Shown piece by piece: positions 37,210 through 45,961 of a stretch of 45,961 bases of DNA. Every line of letters begins with the position of its first letter. Position 1 is the first letter of the stretch. The position numbers were made by a program, and so were the translations under genes. The notes beneath the pieces were generated by a model. The model worked only from the letters and a program-made list of their open reading frames with translations, made no database searches and was not told the DNA's origin. The stretch comes from Curvularia clavata (taxonomy: Eukaryota), in contig CP089274.1 in the NCBI GenBank assembly GCA_023920165.1, positions 5,890,001 through 5,935,961 on the forward strand. The letters run 5' to 3'.

Positions 37210-39310
37210 ATGTCACGCAACTCCAACGAGTATGTCAACGTCCAGGGACCGGCTCCCGCACAGGACATCAACATGGCCGGAAGCACCCAGGGAGTGGGCA
37301 ACGAGCATGCCCCAGGGACTCCTGAGTGGGAACTTGCCAATCTCAGACGCGAGCACCAGGCTCAGGCACAGCAGATGATCGAAATGCAGAATATGGTTAA
37401 TCAGCTTATGAGTCAGCTGATGGCTACGCCAAACGAAAAGGTTGTCAAGAAACCTAAGATGGCAACTCCCGAAAAGTATGACGGAAACCGTAACGACCTA
37501 CGAACGTTCCTCACCACCATCGACCTATACTGCGAATTCAACGAGGTACCTAGTGATCAGGAAAAGATCCTCATGGCCAGTACGCATATGAAAGGAAAAG
37601 CGGCTAACTGGGTCCAACCATATGTGGAGGACTACCTATCGTCAATAAAGACCAAAGGGACCAAGGAAGAAACCAAGGCCCTATTCGCAAGTTGGAACAA
37701 CTTCAAGGATGAAATGGGACGTGTCTTCGGAGAGGTCGACGCCAAGAACCAAGCAGAGAAAGCGATCACACGCCTGAAGCAGACCACGTCCGTTTCGCTC
37801 CGTTTCGGCTTACACAGCTGAGTTTAAGCAGCTACAAGCGCGAATTGATTGGGACGACGCAGCTCTTCGAACGGTATTCGAAGACGGTCTGAAGGAAATT
37901 GTCAAAGACGGTCTAGTACACCATGATAAGCCAGAAACGTTACAAGCTCTGATTGAGCTGGCCACGCGAATCGACAATAGGATCTGGGAACGAAACGAAC
38001 AAAAGAAACGGCAATTTCGACCCAACATGGCTAACACCAAGAAACAACGCAACAACCGAGACAAGGACGGCGATACAATCATGACGGGAAAAGTACAAGA
38101 AAAGACCAGAGACAAGAAACCCCGAGGAAAGGGCCAGGACGGCCTTTCCAAGGAAGAACGCCAGAAGCGTTATGACAACAAAGCATGTCTCCGATGCGGC
38201 GAAGTAGGACACTTCCGCAGAGACTGCCCGAAGAACGAAGTCAAGCAGGCAGTAGTAAAGATCAGGATGCTGAAGTCACAGCCATCTACACTACCCTCCG
38301 ACGACGACCTCAGCGATCTAGACCTCTACGACGAAGCACGTCTAGCTGAGAACACGGATTATGTGATTGTCCCGGAGCTCGTCAGAGCGGACAAACACAT
38401 GAAATGGGAACCACCACAGCCATCCGACTGGATCGTGAAGGACACAGATGCCCAGCGTCGGATCGCACAAAACTTATGCTGGATGTGCGGAGACCCAGCA
38501 CACCACGGCAATGGCTGCCCACTTCGAGGAAGAAGAATTGCAGTCACAGGGCCGATGGCCAGGGAAGTACTTGCCCAGGCAGCCCAGGAACAACCGTACT
38601 TTAAGGACGAGCTACCGGAACCAGAAAACGACCGCGAAGACGAACATAGAAAGCTGCACTGGATCGAATGCGACAGTATAGACTACTGCGAGTTCCATGC
38701 CGAAGAATCGAGACTGTCCCAGTACGACGCAGAAGAATGTTGCCACGCACACTTAAGAAGTGAAGCATGCAAGGTATTGGATTGCACCATCCACGCACCA
38801 TGGAAGCAACACGACGATCACGAAATGATCGCCTGGAACGAATGCAAAAGGAGGTTTTGTATGTTCCACTCAGATGCTAAAGAACAATGCAAGTTGGACG
38901 AGCATGATCCTAATCACAAGCATCTATGGGCAAACGACTGCCCCATGCTGGATTGCCACATCCACAAGGAAGAACATCAACGAGCTCACGAGCAGCTCTG
39001 CTGGATCAACTGCATAGAGAAATGCCGATTCCACCGAGAACAGAGAATCGCGGCAAGACATGCAGATCACCATCTGCACGGCACGATCGCGGCTAAGGAA
39101 TGCCGGACGATCAAGTGCAGGATGCACGGGACAAAGGAGATCAACCTGCCAGAGACGCTGGAAGAAATGATCCCCCACCCAAACGAACACTGGACCTTCT
39201 GCACAGACGACAACTGCAGAATCCACCTGGACGCAAAACAGAACCATGGCTACTTTCCGCGGAAAAGAAAGGGAAAGAAGCTTGGGTCCAGGGGACCGTC
39301 AAAAAACTAG
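37210..39310 (+). pseudogene. gag: Gypsy Gag (~696 aa when repaired), frameshifted by a 10-bp insertion; two CCHC knuckles plus HCCH repeat array
   Basis: PEKYDGNR..LRTFL, MKGKAANW. Removing 10 nt at 37789-37798 restores LKQTTSVSAYTAEFKQL..DWDD and joins the 38027-39310 frame. Knuckles CLRCGEVGHFRRDC and CWMCGDPAHHGNGC. Confidence 0.92.
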
Positions 39311-39351
39311 GATGCCACCAGGGACAGGGTCACGCTGGTAAAGGCAGTCCT
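39301..39351 (+). other. Programmed -1 ribosomal frameshift signal (gag-pol)
   Basis: Slippery heptamer A AAA AAC (39301-39307) directly before the gag TAG; pol is in the -1 frame; a downstream stem-loop AGGATGCC-ACCAG...CTGGT-AAA-GGCAGTCCT. Confidence 0.8.
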
Positions 39352-42300
39352 AAAACGACCCTAAGACGAGTACATTACACCGATGATCGCCCAAAGGAAT
39401 TGGTAACGACCGTGTATGTACAGGGACACAAATTACAGGCAATCGTAGACAGCGGTGCCGCACGAACAATGATCTCACCCCGAGTGGTAGAGAAGTACGA
39501 AATACCATACCGGAGCAAGAAGCGTCCGCTACAGGTAATATCGGCCGAAGAAACGCCCGTAGCATACGGCAAAGGCACGATAAGGCTCGAGACAGAACTG
39601 GTGACACTGGAGGTGTCCGATACCAAGAGTCAAATGAGCATTAGCATTATGGATCTAGGAGAAACGGATCTATTGATCGGTTATGACTGGCTGGATGCCC
39701 ATAACCCCGCCATCGACTGGCGAAACAGAACGATACTCAGCCGAGAACCTGCGAAAAGGGTTGCTGGAGTACGACATGAGATACGCCCGACGAATCAGTG
39801 CACAACCCGGGATGGGAGATTCGGCAAGATCTCACCGCATAAGATCGCGAGAATCTATGCGAAGGACCCTCAGCAAGTAGGAGTCATTTGGTTAAGACGA
39901 GTCGTGCCCAAGAAGGACAGACCCTTACCCCAGGAAAAGCCCAAAGACGTATTGTTGGACATTCCTAAAGAATACAGAACGAATGAGTTCAAGGAACTAT
40001 TCGAAGAAAACGAGGCAACAGACTTAGCAGAACATCAGGATTGGGATCACGAGATCATCCTCGAGGATGGAGCAAAGTTGACGCCAGGAGGCATGTATCC
40101 TATATCGCCCGAGCACGACGCCGAGCTCAAGGAATACCTCCGGAAGAATCTTAAGAAAGGATTCATCAGACCGGGGTCAGGCCCGATGGCCTCACCCATA
40201 TTGTTCGTAAAGAAACCTAACGGAAAATGGCGACTATGTGTCGATTACCGAAGGTTGAACGCGGTAACCCGAAAGAATCGGTACCCACTACCACTCATAA
40301 CAGAGCTCATGGATCGACTCCAGGGAGCCAAGTGGTTCACGAAGTTCGATGTCCGAGAAGGATTTTATCGGATCAGGATCAAGGAAGGAGACGAATGGAA
40401 AACAGCGTTCAAGACGAAGTATGGACTGTTCGAGTATACGGTCATGCCGTTCGGCCTAACGAATGCGCCGGCGACCTTTCAATCAGTCATCAACAACGCT
40501 CTCCACGAATACCTTGGTGTCTTCGCAACAGCTTACTTGGACGATGTACTAGTGTACTCCAAGGGAACGCTCGAAGAACACATCGAACATGTCAAGAAAG
40601 TGCTCAGAAAGCTCAAGGAATACAAGCTATATCTGCAGCCAGGGAAATGCGAATTCCACACGCAGGAAACGGAATTCCTCGGATTCATCATCTCGACCGA
40701 AGGAGTGAAAATGAACCCAAAAAAGGTACAGGCTGTACGGGATTGGAAAACGCCCAAAACAGTTAAGGATGTTCAGTCCTTCCTAGGGCTAGCGAACTAC
40801 TACCGGAAGTTCATAAAAGATTATTCGAAGATCACAGCACCCCTTACGGAGATCACGAAGAAGGAAGTAGGTTTCAGATGGAAACAGGAACAACAGAAAG
40901 CTTTCGACAAGCTCAAGCAGACGTTCCTAGAGGCACCCGTACTAGAGATGTACGATCCTCAACGACCAACCAGACTCGAGACTGACGCGTCTGATTACGC
41001 ACTCGGAGCTGTATTGTCACAGCAGTGCCCAGATGGGAAATGGAGACCCGTGTTCTACCATTCCAGAAAGTTCGACGAAGCAGAGTTGAACTACGATGTT
41101 CACGATAAGGAACTACTTGGAGTAGTCGATGCCTTTGAACAATGGGAAGTATACCTGTTAGGACTTCCACACACGATCGAGGTTTTTACCGATCATCAGA
41201 ACCTCACGAGTTTTATGACAACGAAGAAACTCAACCGAAGACAAGTCCGATATGCTGAGATGTTAGCTCAGTTTGACTTCAAAATCACGCATCGAGCAGG
41301 ATCGCTCAACGGAGCCGCGGATGCTCTGAGCCGAAGATCCGATTTACGCGGAAAAGGCCACAAAGAGCCACACGACGCAGTACTCAAGAGAATGCCCGAC
41401 GGCAGCTTGAGGTACAACCAGCCGGATCTGGCTAGATTAGCCAAGATAGCCGAGCAAGTGGAAACGTTGCAACAGCAATGGCAACAAAAAGCGAATGAAT
41501 GGGTACCATTGGACGGACAAAAGGAACTCAACGGGCTACAGAACAAAGGTGAGCCGCGGAACGAGAGTCGACCCTACGTACCCACGCACATGAGAAAAGA
41601 TCTCATCAAAGAACTGCATGAGTCACGAGAATACGGACATGCAAGCATCGACGAAATGGTCAGGCGACTGAATAAGGCGTTTTATATGCCGCGCTTGAGG
41701 GCGCAGGTGCAGGAAGTTGTAGGCAACTGTGTGGCATGTCACCAGAACAAGCCCAAAAGACATAAGCCCTATGGCCTGTTACAACCCTTACCGCCACCAA
41801 CGCGACCATGGAGCAGCGTAACGATGGACTTCATAGTGAAGCTCCCGAAATCGTTAGAGCCAGGATCGGCTCGACTCTGCGACACCATTTTGGTCATAAT
41901 GTGTCGACAGACCAAAGGGGCAAAGTTTGTGCCCACAGAAGAAACAATTACGGCAGAGGAATGCGCGTACGAAGTTTCCAAAGCACTAATATCAGAGCAC
42001 GGGATGCCCGAAGAATTCATAACGGACAGAGATAAGCTGTTCACATCGAAATACTGGTCAACGTTCTTAGCAAAACTGGGAGTTAAGAAGAAGCTATCGA
42101 CTAGCTTCCACCCAGAAACCGACGGACAAACGGAACGAACAAACCAAACGCTAGAACAGTATCTGCGATTTTACGCCAACAAGCTGCAGGACAACTGGGT
42201 TGAACTCTTGCCGACAGCACAATTGGCTTACAATAGTTCAAGATCGGCGACAACGAAGTACTCGCCACACTACGCGAACTACGGATATGAGCCGGTTGCT

Positions 42301-43611
42301 CATCGAGATCCAAAGGATATTGAAAGTATCGCAGTCGGAGCAGACGATAAAGCCCGACTAATGCGCGAATTGCATAAAGAATTGAGCAGGAACATCGCTC
42401 ATAGGAACCTCACGACGTCCAAAGCTGCGAATAAGCTAAGGATTGAGGGACCAACCTTTAAAAAGGGGGACAGAGTTTTCTTGTCACGACAAAACTTGAA
42501 AACTAAACGACCAAGCAAGAAATTGGACAATCTCCGATTAGGACCATTCGAAATCCTAGAGAAAATGGGACCCGTAAACTATAAACTACGGCTACCACCA
42601 GGCATGCGCATACACAACGTTTTTCACAAGAAACTGCTAGAACCTGCACCCCCAGAAGCCGAGCTAATGGACGATATCGAGCTCGAGGACGACGAATATA
42701 CGGTCGAAGAAATCAAGGACCTACAGAAAATAGGCGGTCAGTGGAAGTACTTGGTCAGGTGGGAAGGATGGCCAGATAGCCACAACACTTGGGAACCTGA
42801 AGGAAACTTGACGAACTGCAGGTCACTGGTACGCGAGTACCATCGGAAACATCCACGGAAGCGAGGGACGGACCCTCGAGGGAAAGGAAATAATCAAGTG
42901 AAAAAGGGTCGTAAGAAACGTCAGCCTGTAACCAGCCCAAGTCAGTCGACAGTCCGGGTAGCGATGGTTCGGTTGTCGGATGGTCCGTACCAGGGGCGGA
43001 GCTCCCCTCGGCCTGCTCTTGCGCACGATCCTGAAGGCTCAAGATGGCATGATCTCGATCAGCAAATTCTCGCTCTCGCGCCTCAACCTCTAGGAGCTCG
43101 CGCCGAAGTCGCGCAGTCTCCATCGCAGCCTGAAGCTGGCGCTCCTCAGCACGAGCAATCTCGAGACGCTTTTGCCGCTTCTCAGCCTCGACCTTCTCCC
43201 ACTCTTCCTCAGAAACAAAAAGGCTACACTCAGCGGAAACCGAAATACAACCAGCGCAGCGACCAGATGCTGTGTCCACGAAACAACGAAGATTCTTCTC
43301 TTCACAACGTTTACACCGAAAAGTCATCTCGCGGCCTTGTTCCCTTATACGGTCAGCGCGGGCCCGACGCTGAAGAGTCGAATTCTGGTTACGGACACGA
43401 CGAGTTGGTTGAACCTTGGGCATGGTTAGGAAGGCATGGAGGAAGAAGCGCCTACGACACAACGGGCATACCTCGATACTTATCCAAGCCACCAGCGCCA
43501 AGCGACGCACGGGAAAACGATAATCCAGGGTATCGGGACGATAACCCTAAGAGGGGGGATAATGTTACAAGTAACAAAGAAGGATCTCTCCTTGACGATG
43601 GCCGCAGGTAG
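39301..43611 (+). CDS. pol: Gypsy Pol polyprotein: protease, reverse transcriptase, RNase H, integrase, chromodomain, C-terminal extension
   Basis: AIVDSGA; WRLCVDYRRLN, MPFGLTNAPATFQ, YLDD; ETDASDYALG, DKELL; VTMDFI, ITDRD, HPETDGQTERTNQ; GPF; YLVRWEGWPDSHNTWEPEGNL. No stops. Confidence 0.97.
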   Translation, partial: KKLGCHQGQGHAGKGSPKTTLRRVHYTDDRPKELVTTVYVQGHKLQAIVDSGAARTMISPRVVEKYEIPYRSKKRPLQVISAEETPVAYGKGTIRLETELVTLEVSDTKSQMSISIMDLGETDLLIGYDWLDAHNPAIDWRNRTILSREPAKRVAGVRHEIRPTNQCTTRDGRFGKISPHKIARIYAKDPQQVGVIWLRRVVPKKDRPLPQEKPKDVLLDIPKEYRTNEFKELFEENEATDLAEHQDWDHEIILEDGAKLTPGGMYPISPEHDAELKEYLRKNLKKGFIRPGSGPMASPILFVKKPNGKWRLCVDYRRLNAVTRKNRYPLPLITELMDRLQGAKWFTKFDVREGFYRIRIKEGDEWKTAFKTKYGLFEYTVMPFGLTNAPATFQSVINNALHEYLGVFATAYLDDVLVYSKGTLEEHIEHVKKVLRKLKEYKLYLQPGKCEFHTQETEFLGFIISTEGVKMNPKKVQAVRDWKTPKTVKDVQSFLGLANYYRKFIKDYSKITAPLTEITKKEVGFRWKQEQQKAFDKLKQTFLEAPVLEMYDPQRPTRLETDASDYALGAVLSQQCPDGKWRPVFYHSRKFDEAELNYDVHDKELLGVVDAFEQWEVYLLGLPHTIEVFTDHQNLTSFMTTKKLNRRQVRYAEMLAQFDFKITHRAGSLNGAADALSRRSDLRGKGHKEPHDAVLKRMPDGSLRYNQPDLARLAKIAEQVETLQQQWQQKANEWVPLDGQKELNGLQNKGEPRNESRPYVPTHMRKDLIKELHESREYGHASIDEMVRRLNKAFYMPRLRAQVQEVVGNCVACHQNKPKRHKPYGLLQPLPPPTRPWSSVTMDFIVKLPKSLEPGSARLCDTILVIMCRQTKGAKFVPTEETITAEECAYEVSKALISEHGMPEEFITDRDKLFTSKYWSTFLAKLGVKKKLSTSFHPETDGQTERTNQTLEQYLRFYANKLQDNWVELLPTAQLAYNSSRSATTKYSPHYANYGYEPVAHRDPKDIESIAVGADDKARLMRELHKELSRNIAHRNLTTSKAANKLRIEGPTFKKGDRVFLSRQNLKTKRPSKKLDNLRLGPFEILEKMGPVNYKLRLPPGMRIHNVFHKKLLEPAPPEAELMDDIELEDDEYTVEEIKDLQKIGGQWKYLVRWEGWPDSHNTWEPEGNLTNCRSLVREYHRKHPRKRGTDPRGKGNNQVKKGRKKRQPVTSPSQSTVRVAMVRLSDGPYQGRSSPRPALAHDPEGSRWHDLDQQILALAPQPLGARAEVAQSPSQPEAGAPQHEQSRDAFAASQPRPSPTLPQKQKGYTQRKPKYNQRSDQMLCPRNNEDSSLHNVYTEKSSRGLVPLYGQRGPDAEESNSGYGHDELVEPWAWLGRHGGRSAYDTTGIPRYLSKPPAPSDARENDNPGYRDDNPKRGDNVTSNKEGSLLDDGRR
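42755..43423 (-). CDS. Antisense ORF of the Gypsy element: 222-aa Zn(II)2Cys6 / coiled-coil protein
   Basis: ATG at 43423 (ACCATG context). CKRC-x6-C-x8-CAGC-x6-C fits the Zn2Cys6 spacing, preceded by an Arg-rich segment and followed by an E/R/K/L helical region and an acidic/aromatic tail. Confidence 0.8.
   Translation of the reverse strand: MPKVQPTRRVRNQNSTLQRRARADRIREQGREMTFRCKRCEEKNLRCFVDTASGRCAGCISVSAECSLFVSEEEWEKVEAEKRQKRLEIARAEERQLQAAMETARLRRELLEVEAREREFADRDHAILSLQDRAQEQAEGSSAPGTDHPTTEPSLPGLSTDLGWLQADVSYDPFSLDYFLSLEGPSLASVDVSDGTRVPVTCSSSSFLQVPKCCGYLAILPT
43549..43559 (+). other. Polypurine tract of the Gypsy element
   Basis: AAGAGGGGGGA ending 3 nt before the 3' LTR. Confidence 0.85.
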
Positions 43612-44069
43612 GAGACCATTGGGCGACACGTCAGAAGGTAATGATCCCCGCGGAAGGGCGATCACATGACTGGCCTCAGGCCAAGACCGGGAAACCACGC
43701 TAGTATGTGAGGACACGCTCACACGTGACCAAAGTGACTTCAGGGACTTCAGAGAACACAGGGGTTATTCCGTGAGGACAGTGAGGACAGGACCGGAAGC
43801 AATGGGTATAAGAATGTGTTGGATTTCATTATTACACTCGTTGTGGTCAACTCAGCAAAGTATCTTTCATAGTTACCTTTCATACTCAGATTGATACTAG
43901 TTATTCTATCTTCCAATAGGATTGGTTTTGTCTATCTTCCGTTAATCCCTACCACCGAATCGCCAGACAACTACCTCACGGTATACTTCATAGAAACTGG
44001 CCTCGCCCTAACCCGGAATCTAGGCTAGGTAAGTATATTCCCAACTAACCAGTAGGACCCCGTGTAACA
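43563..44069 (+). repeat. Gypsy 3' LTR
   Basis: Identical by inspection to 36642-37148. Confidence 0.97.
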
Positions 44070-44736
44070 TCTACAATCTATAGTCGATCTATCAAGACTA
44101 TAATCGATCTATAGACATCTGTCTATGACGCCAAAGATTACGCAAGCTACTACTAGATAGATTCTTCTAGAATCTACTCCAGCCAATATATATAGTAGTA
44201 GAATAGCTAGTAGATAGAAACCAGAGCAGTTTATACAAAAGTCAATCGTGTCCATCAACTCTCTCCCCTAGCAATCTCTCGTCTATCTAGAGTCTCTCGA
44301 TCAGGCTGTCTAAGTCTACTACTAGTAGTACTAGCAGCCACCCATTACTTCAACAGGTTATGAGCCCGGATTACGCGTCTATCGATCGAAGATTCTAGCA
44401 AGTCTTAGCGTAAGACTAAAGTAAGAGCTAGTATAAATATAGCTAGTCTCTTAGTAAAAGCTAGGGTTACTAAGGGTTAAGAGTAAACCACGGCTAAAAA
44501 GCTGAGAAACTCTACTGAAGCAAAAACCCTATCAGTTTAGGAGTCTCTGAGCCGCAAACGCAGCTAAATACTCTGGTTAGGGGTTAGCCGAAGCTTCTCG
44601 TAGCTAGTTGCAGACAGATCAACTCGATTGACTAGCAGCCAGAGTTCTTCATAGTAAGAACAGTAACTGCTTATTTACTGCACTAGACTATAAATAGCTA
44701 TCTAGTCTATATTTCTAGACAGGCTAGCAGCACAAA

Positions 44737-45759
44737 ATGGCTGACAGCAGCATGTTTAGAGTGCCAAAGCTCAAAGGCAGCTCTAACTATGACATGTGGG
44801 CACTACGGATCGAAGCAGTGCTTATACAGCAAGACTGCTACGAGATTATAACAGTCGACCCACAAGAGCTTGAACAAAGTAAAGGCTCTGAGAGATACCA
44901 GAAGCTAAAAAGCTCAGAAATCAAAGCTCTGTCTACTCTACGACTCAGTCTAGACGACGGGCCTCTACTACAGTCAAAAGACATGAAAACTCCATATAGT
45001 CTATGGAATCACCTAAAGAAGCTATATAGCCCAAAAGGCTTTAGCTCTGACTTCTTAATTTGCAAAGATCTTATCAATACGACCGTGCAGCAGTGCCAAA
45101 ACAACGTCGAAATATATCTCCAAAAAATCAACAGACTAGTCCTTAGTCTAGAGAGCCGAAATCTGGCACTACCGCACCGATTCATTGCTGCTTTGATTCT
45201 CAATAATCTAAGCTCAGACTGTAACTATTTAGTTACAGCTATTACTCAAGATTTTAGATCTAACAAAGAGATTGATCTTGAGAACTTATACAACCAAATT
45301 ATGGACGAATCAAGACGCCAGAAATCGATTAGAAGCAGCAGCGGCAGTAACTCAAATAGCTCTTACCAAAAGAGCTACAGACCATACCAAAGGAGCCCAA
45401 TTAGCAGCTCCAACCAAGCTCCACAGTCAAAAGACGTCGAAATGACTTTGGCTACTCAAAAATCCACCAAAAGTCCAAAATACTGCTCTCACTGCAAGAG
45501 AAATGGACATTTAGTCGACCAATGCTGGCAGAAAGACCCCAGCAAACGCCCCAGTCGGACATATTATAAGCCTGAGACAGCTCTATCTACAGTAGTCTCA
45601 GTCGATCCAAATATCGCCGACATCAAAGCTGCTTTATCCACTGAGTCTTCCAAGTCGATTGAGTGGATATAAGACAGCGCCGCCAGCTCCCATATTTGCT
45701 CTGACCGACAGCTTTTTAGAAGCCTTACCAGCGTCAGCAATACGTACATTAAATGGGGC
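44737..45759 (+). pseudogene. gag: Copia gag-protease, with in-frame stop at the protease active site and truncated
   Basis: VPKLKGSSNYDMW, LWNHLKKLY, knuckle CSHCKRNGHLVDQC. The frame continues EWI*DSAASSHICSDRQLF..YIKWG (TAA 45670-45672) and runs straight into telomere repeats. Confidence 0.92.
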
Positions 45760-45903
45760 AGGGTTAGGGTTAGGGTTAGGGTTAGGGTTAGGGTTAGGGT
45801 TAGGGTTAGGGTTAGGGTTAGGGTTAGGGTTAGGGTTAGGGTTAGGGTTAGGGTTAGGGTTAGGGTTAGGGTTAGGGTTAGGGTTAGGGTTAGGGTTAGG
45901 TTA
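45760..45903 (+). repeat. Telomeric repeat tract (TTAGGG)n, chromosome end
   Basis: 22 perfect TTAGGG units at 45764-45895, preceded by AGGG and followed by TTAGG TTA. The G-rich strand runs toward the end, as expected for a right telomere. Confidence 0.97.
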
Positions 45904-45961
45904 GCTGTCACACGAGTATGGAAGTCGTTCTTTAACCTTAGCAATACGTAACTGAACGAAG
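45904..45961 (-). other. Untrimmed Oxford Nanopore native barcode + adapter (technical artefact)
   Basis: The reverse complement reads CTTCGTTCAGTTACGTATTGCT (ligation adapter), AAGGTTAA (native-barcode flank), AGAACGACTTCCATACTCGTGTGA (barcode 13 as I recall it), CAGC (start of the inner flank). Confidence 0.93.

Larger units (their letters stand above)
36642..44069 (+). mobile_element. Full-length Ty3/Gypsy chromovirus LTR retrotransposon (7428 bp)
   Basis: Two 507-bp LTRs, identical by eye; 5-bp TSD TCTAC (36637-36641 and 44070-44074); polypurine tract before the 3' LTR; order gag, PR-RT-RH-IN-chromodomain. Confidence 0.98.
36575..45759 (+). mobile_element. Ty1/Copia LTR retrotransposon, interrupted by the Gypsy insertion and 3'-truncated by the telomere
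   Basis: 5' LTR reconstructs from 36575-36641 plus 44075-44355 (TGTTGTAG..CTTCAACA, ~348 bp). It is followed by GGTTATGAGCCC (44356-44367), typical just inside fungal Copia 5' LTRs, then gag and the start of protease. Confidence 0.88.

Noticed and set aside
39100..39300. Met at 39100 as the Pol start
   Set aside because: This stretch encodes Gag HCCH repeats in another frame; Pol is better explained by the -1 frameshift at 39301-39307.
45564..45944. Poly-LT and poly-GL ORFs
   Set aside because: Translation artefacts of the TTAGGG tract.
45736..45950. 11-bp direct repeat AGCAATACGTA flanking the telomere tract (45736-45746 and 45940-45950), suggesting an inserted interstitial telomere with TSD
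   Set aside because: The second copy is part of the ONT adapter. The first is in-frame Copia protease sequence and does not abut the tract, so this is most likely coincidence.

Overview
Distal ~46 kb of a filamentous ascomycete chromosome arm (GT..CTRAC..AG introns, TTAGGG telomere). The proximal ~32 kb holds: a tandem pair of uncharacterised paralogous proteins, an AA9 LPMO, a divergent phospholipase B / PI-phospholipase C pair, a bZIP-DUF3425 factor, a CFEM-PTH11-like receptor and a GH5-like hydrolase. It also holds many decaying genes (epoxide hydrolase, ketopantoate-reductase-like, KP4-like small secreted protein, a P450 whose ExxR motif is flipped by a 29-bp micro-inversion) and a pogo/Fot1 relic. 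The distal ~13 kb holds a solo LTR, LysM and kinase-like relics, and a young full-length Ty3/Gypsy chromovirus (identical 507-bp LTRs, TCTAC TSD) nested in the 5' LTR of a Ty1/Copia element. The Copia element is cut off in its protease domain by 22 perfect TTAGGG repeats. The Gypsy element is unusual: its Gag carries about 7 tandem HCCH zinc-finger-like repeats, and its 3' end encodes an antisense Zn(II)2Cys6 / coiled-coil / acidic-tail protein. The last ~58 nt are an untrimmed Oxford Nanopore barcode and adapter. All calls were made by eye; no searches were run.
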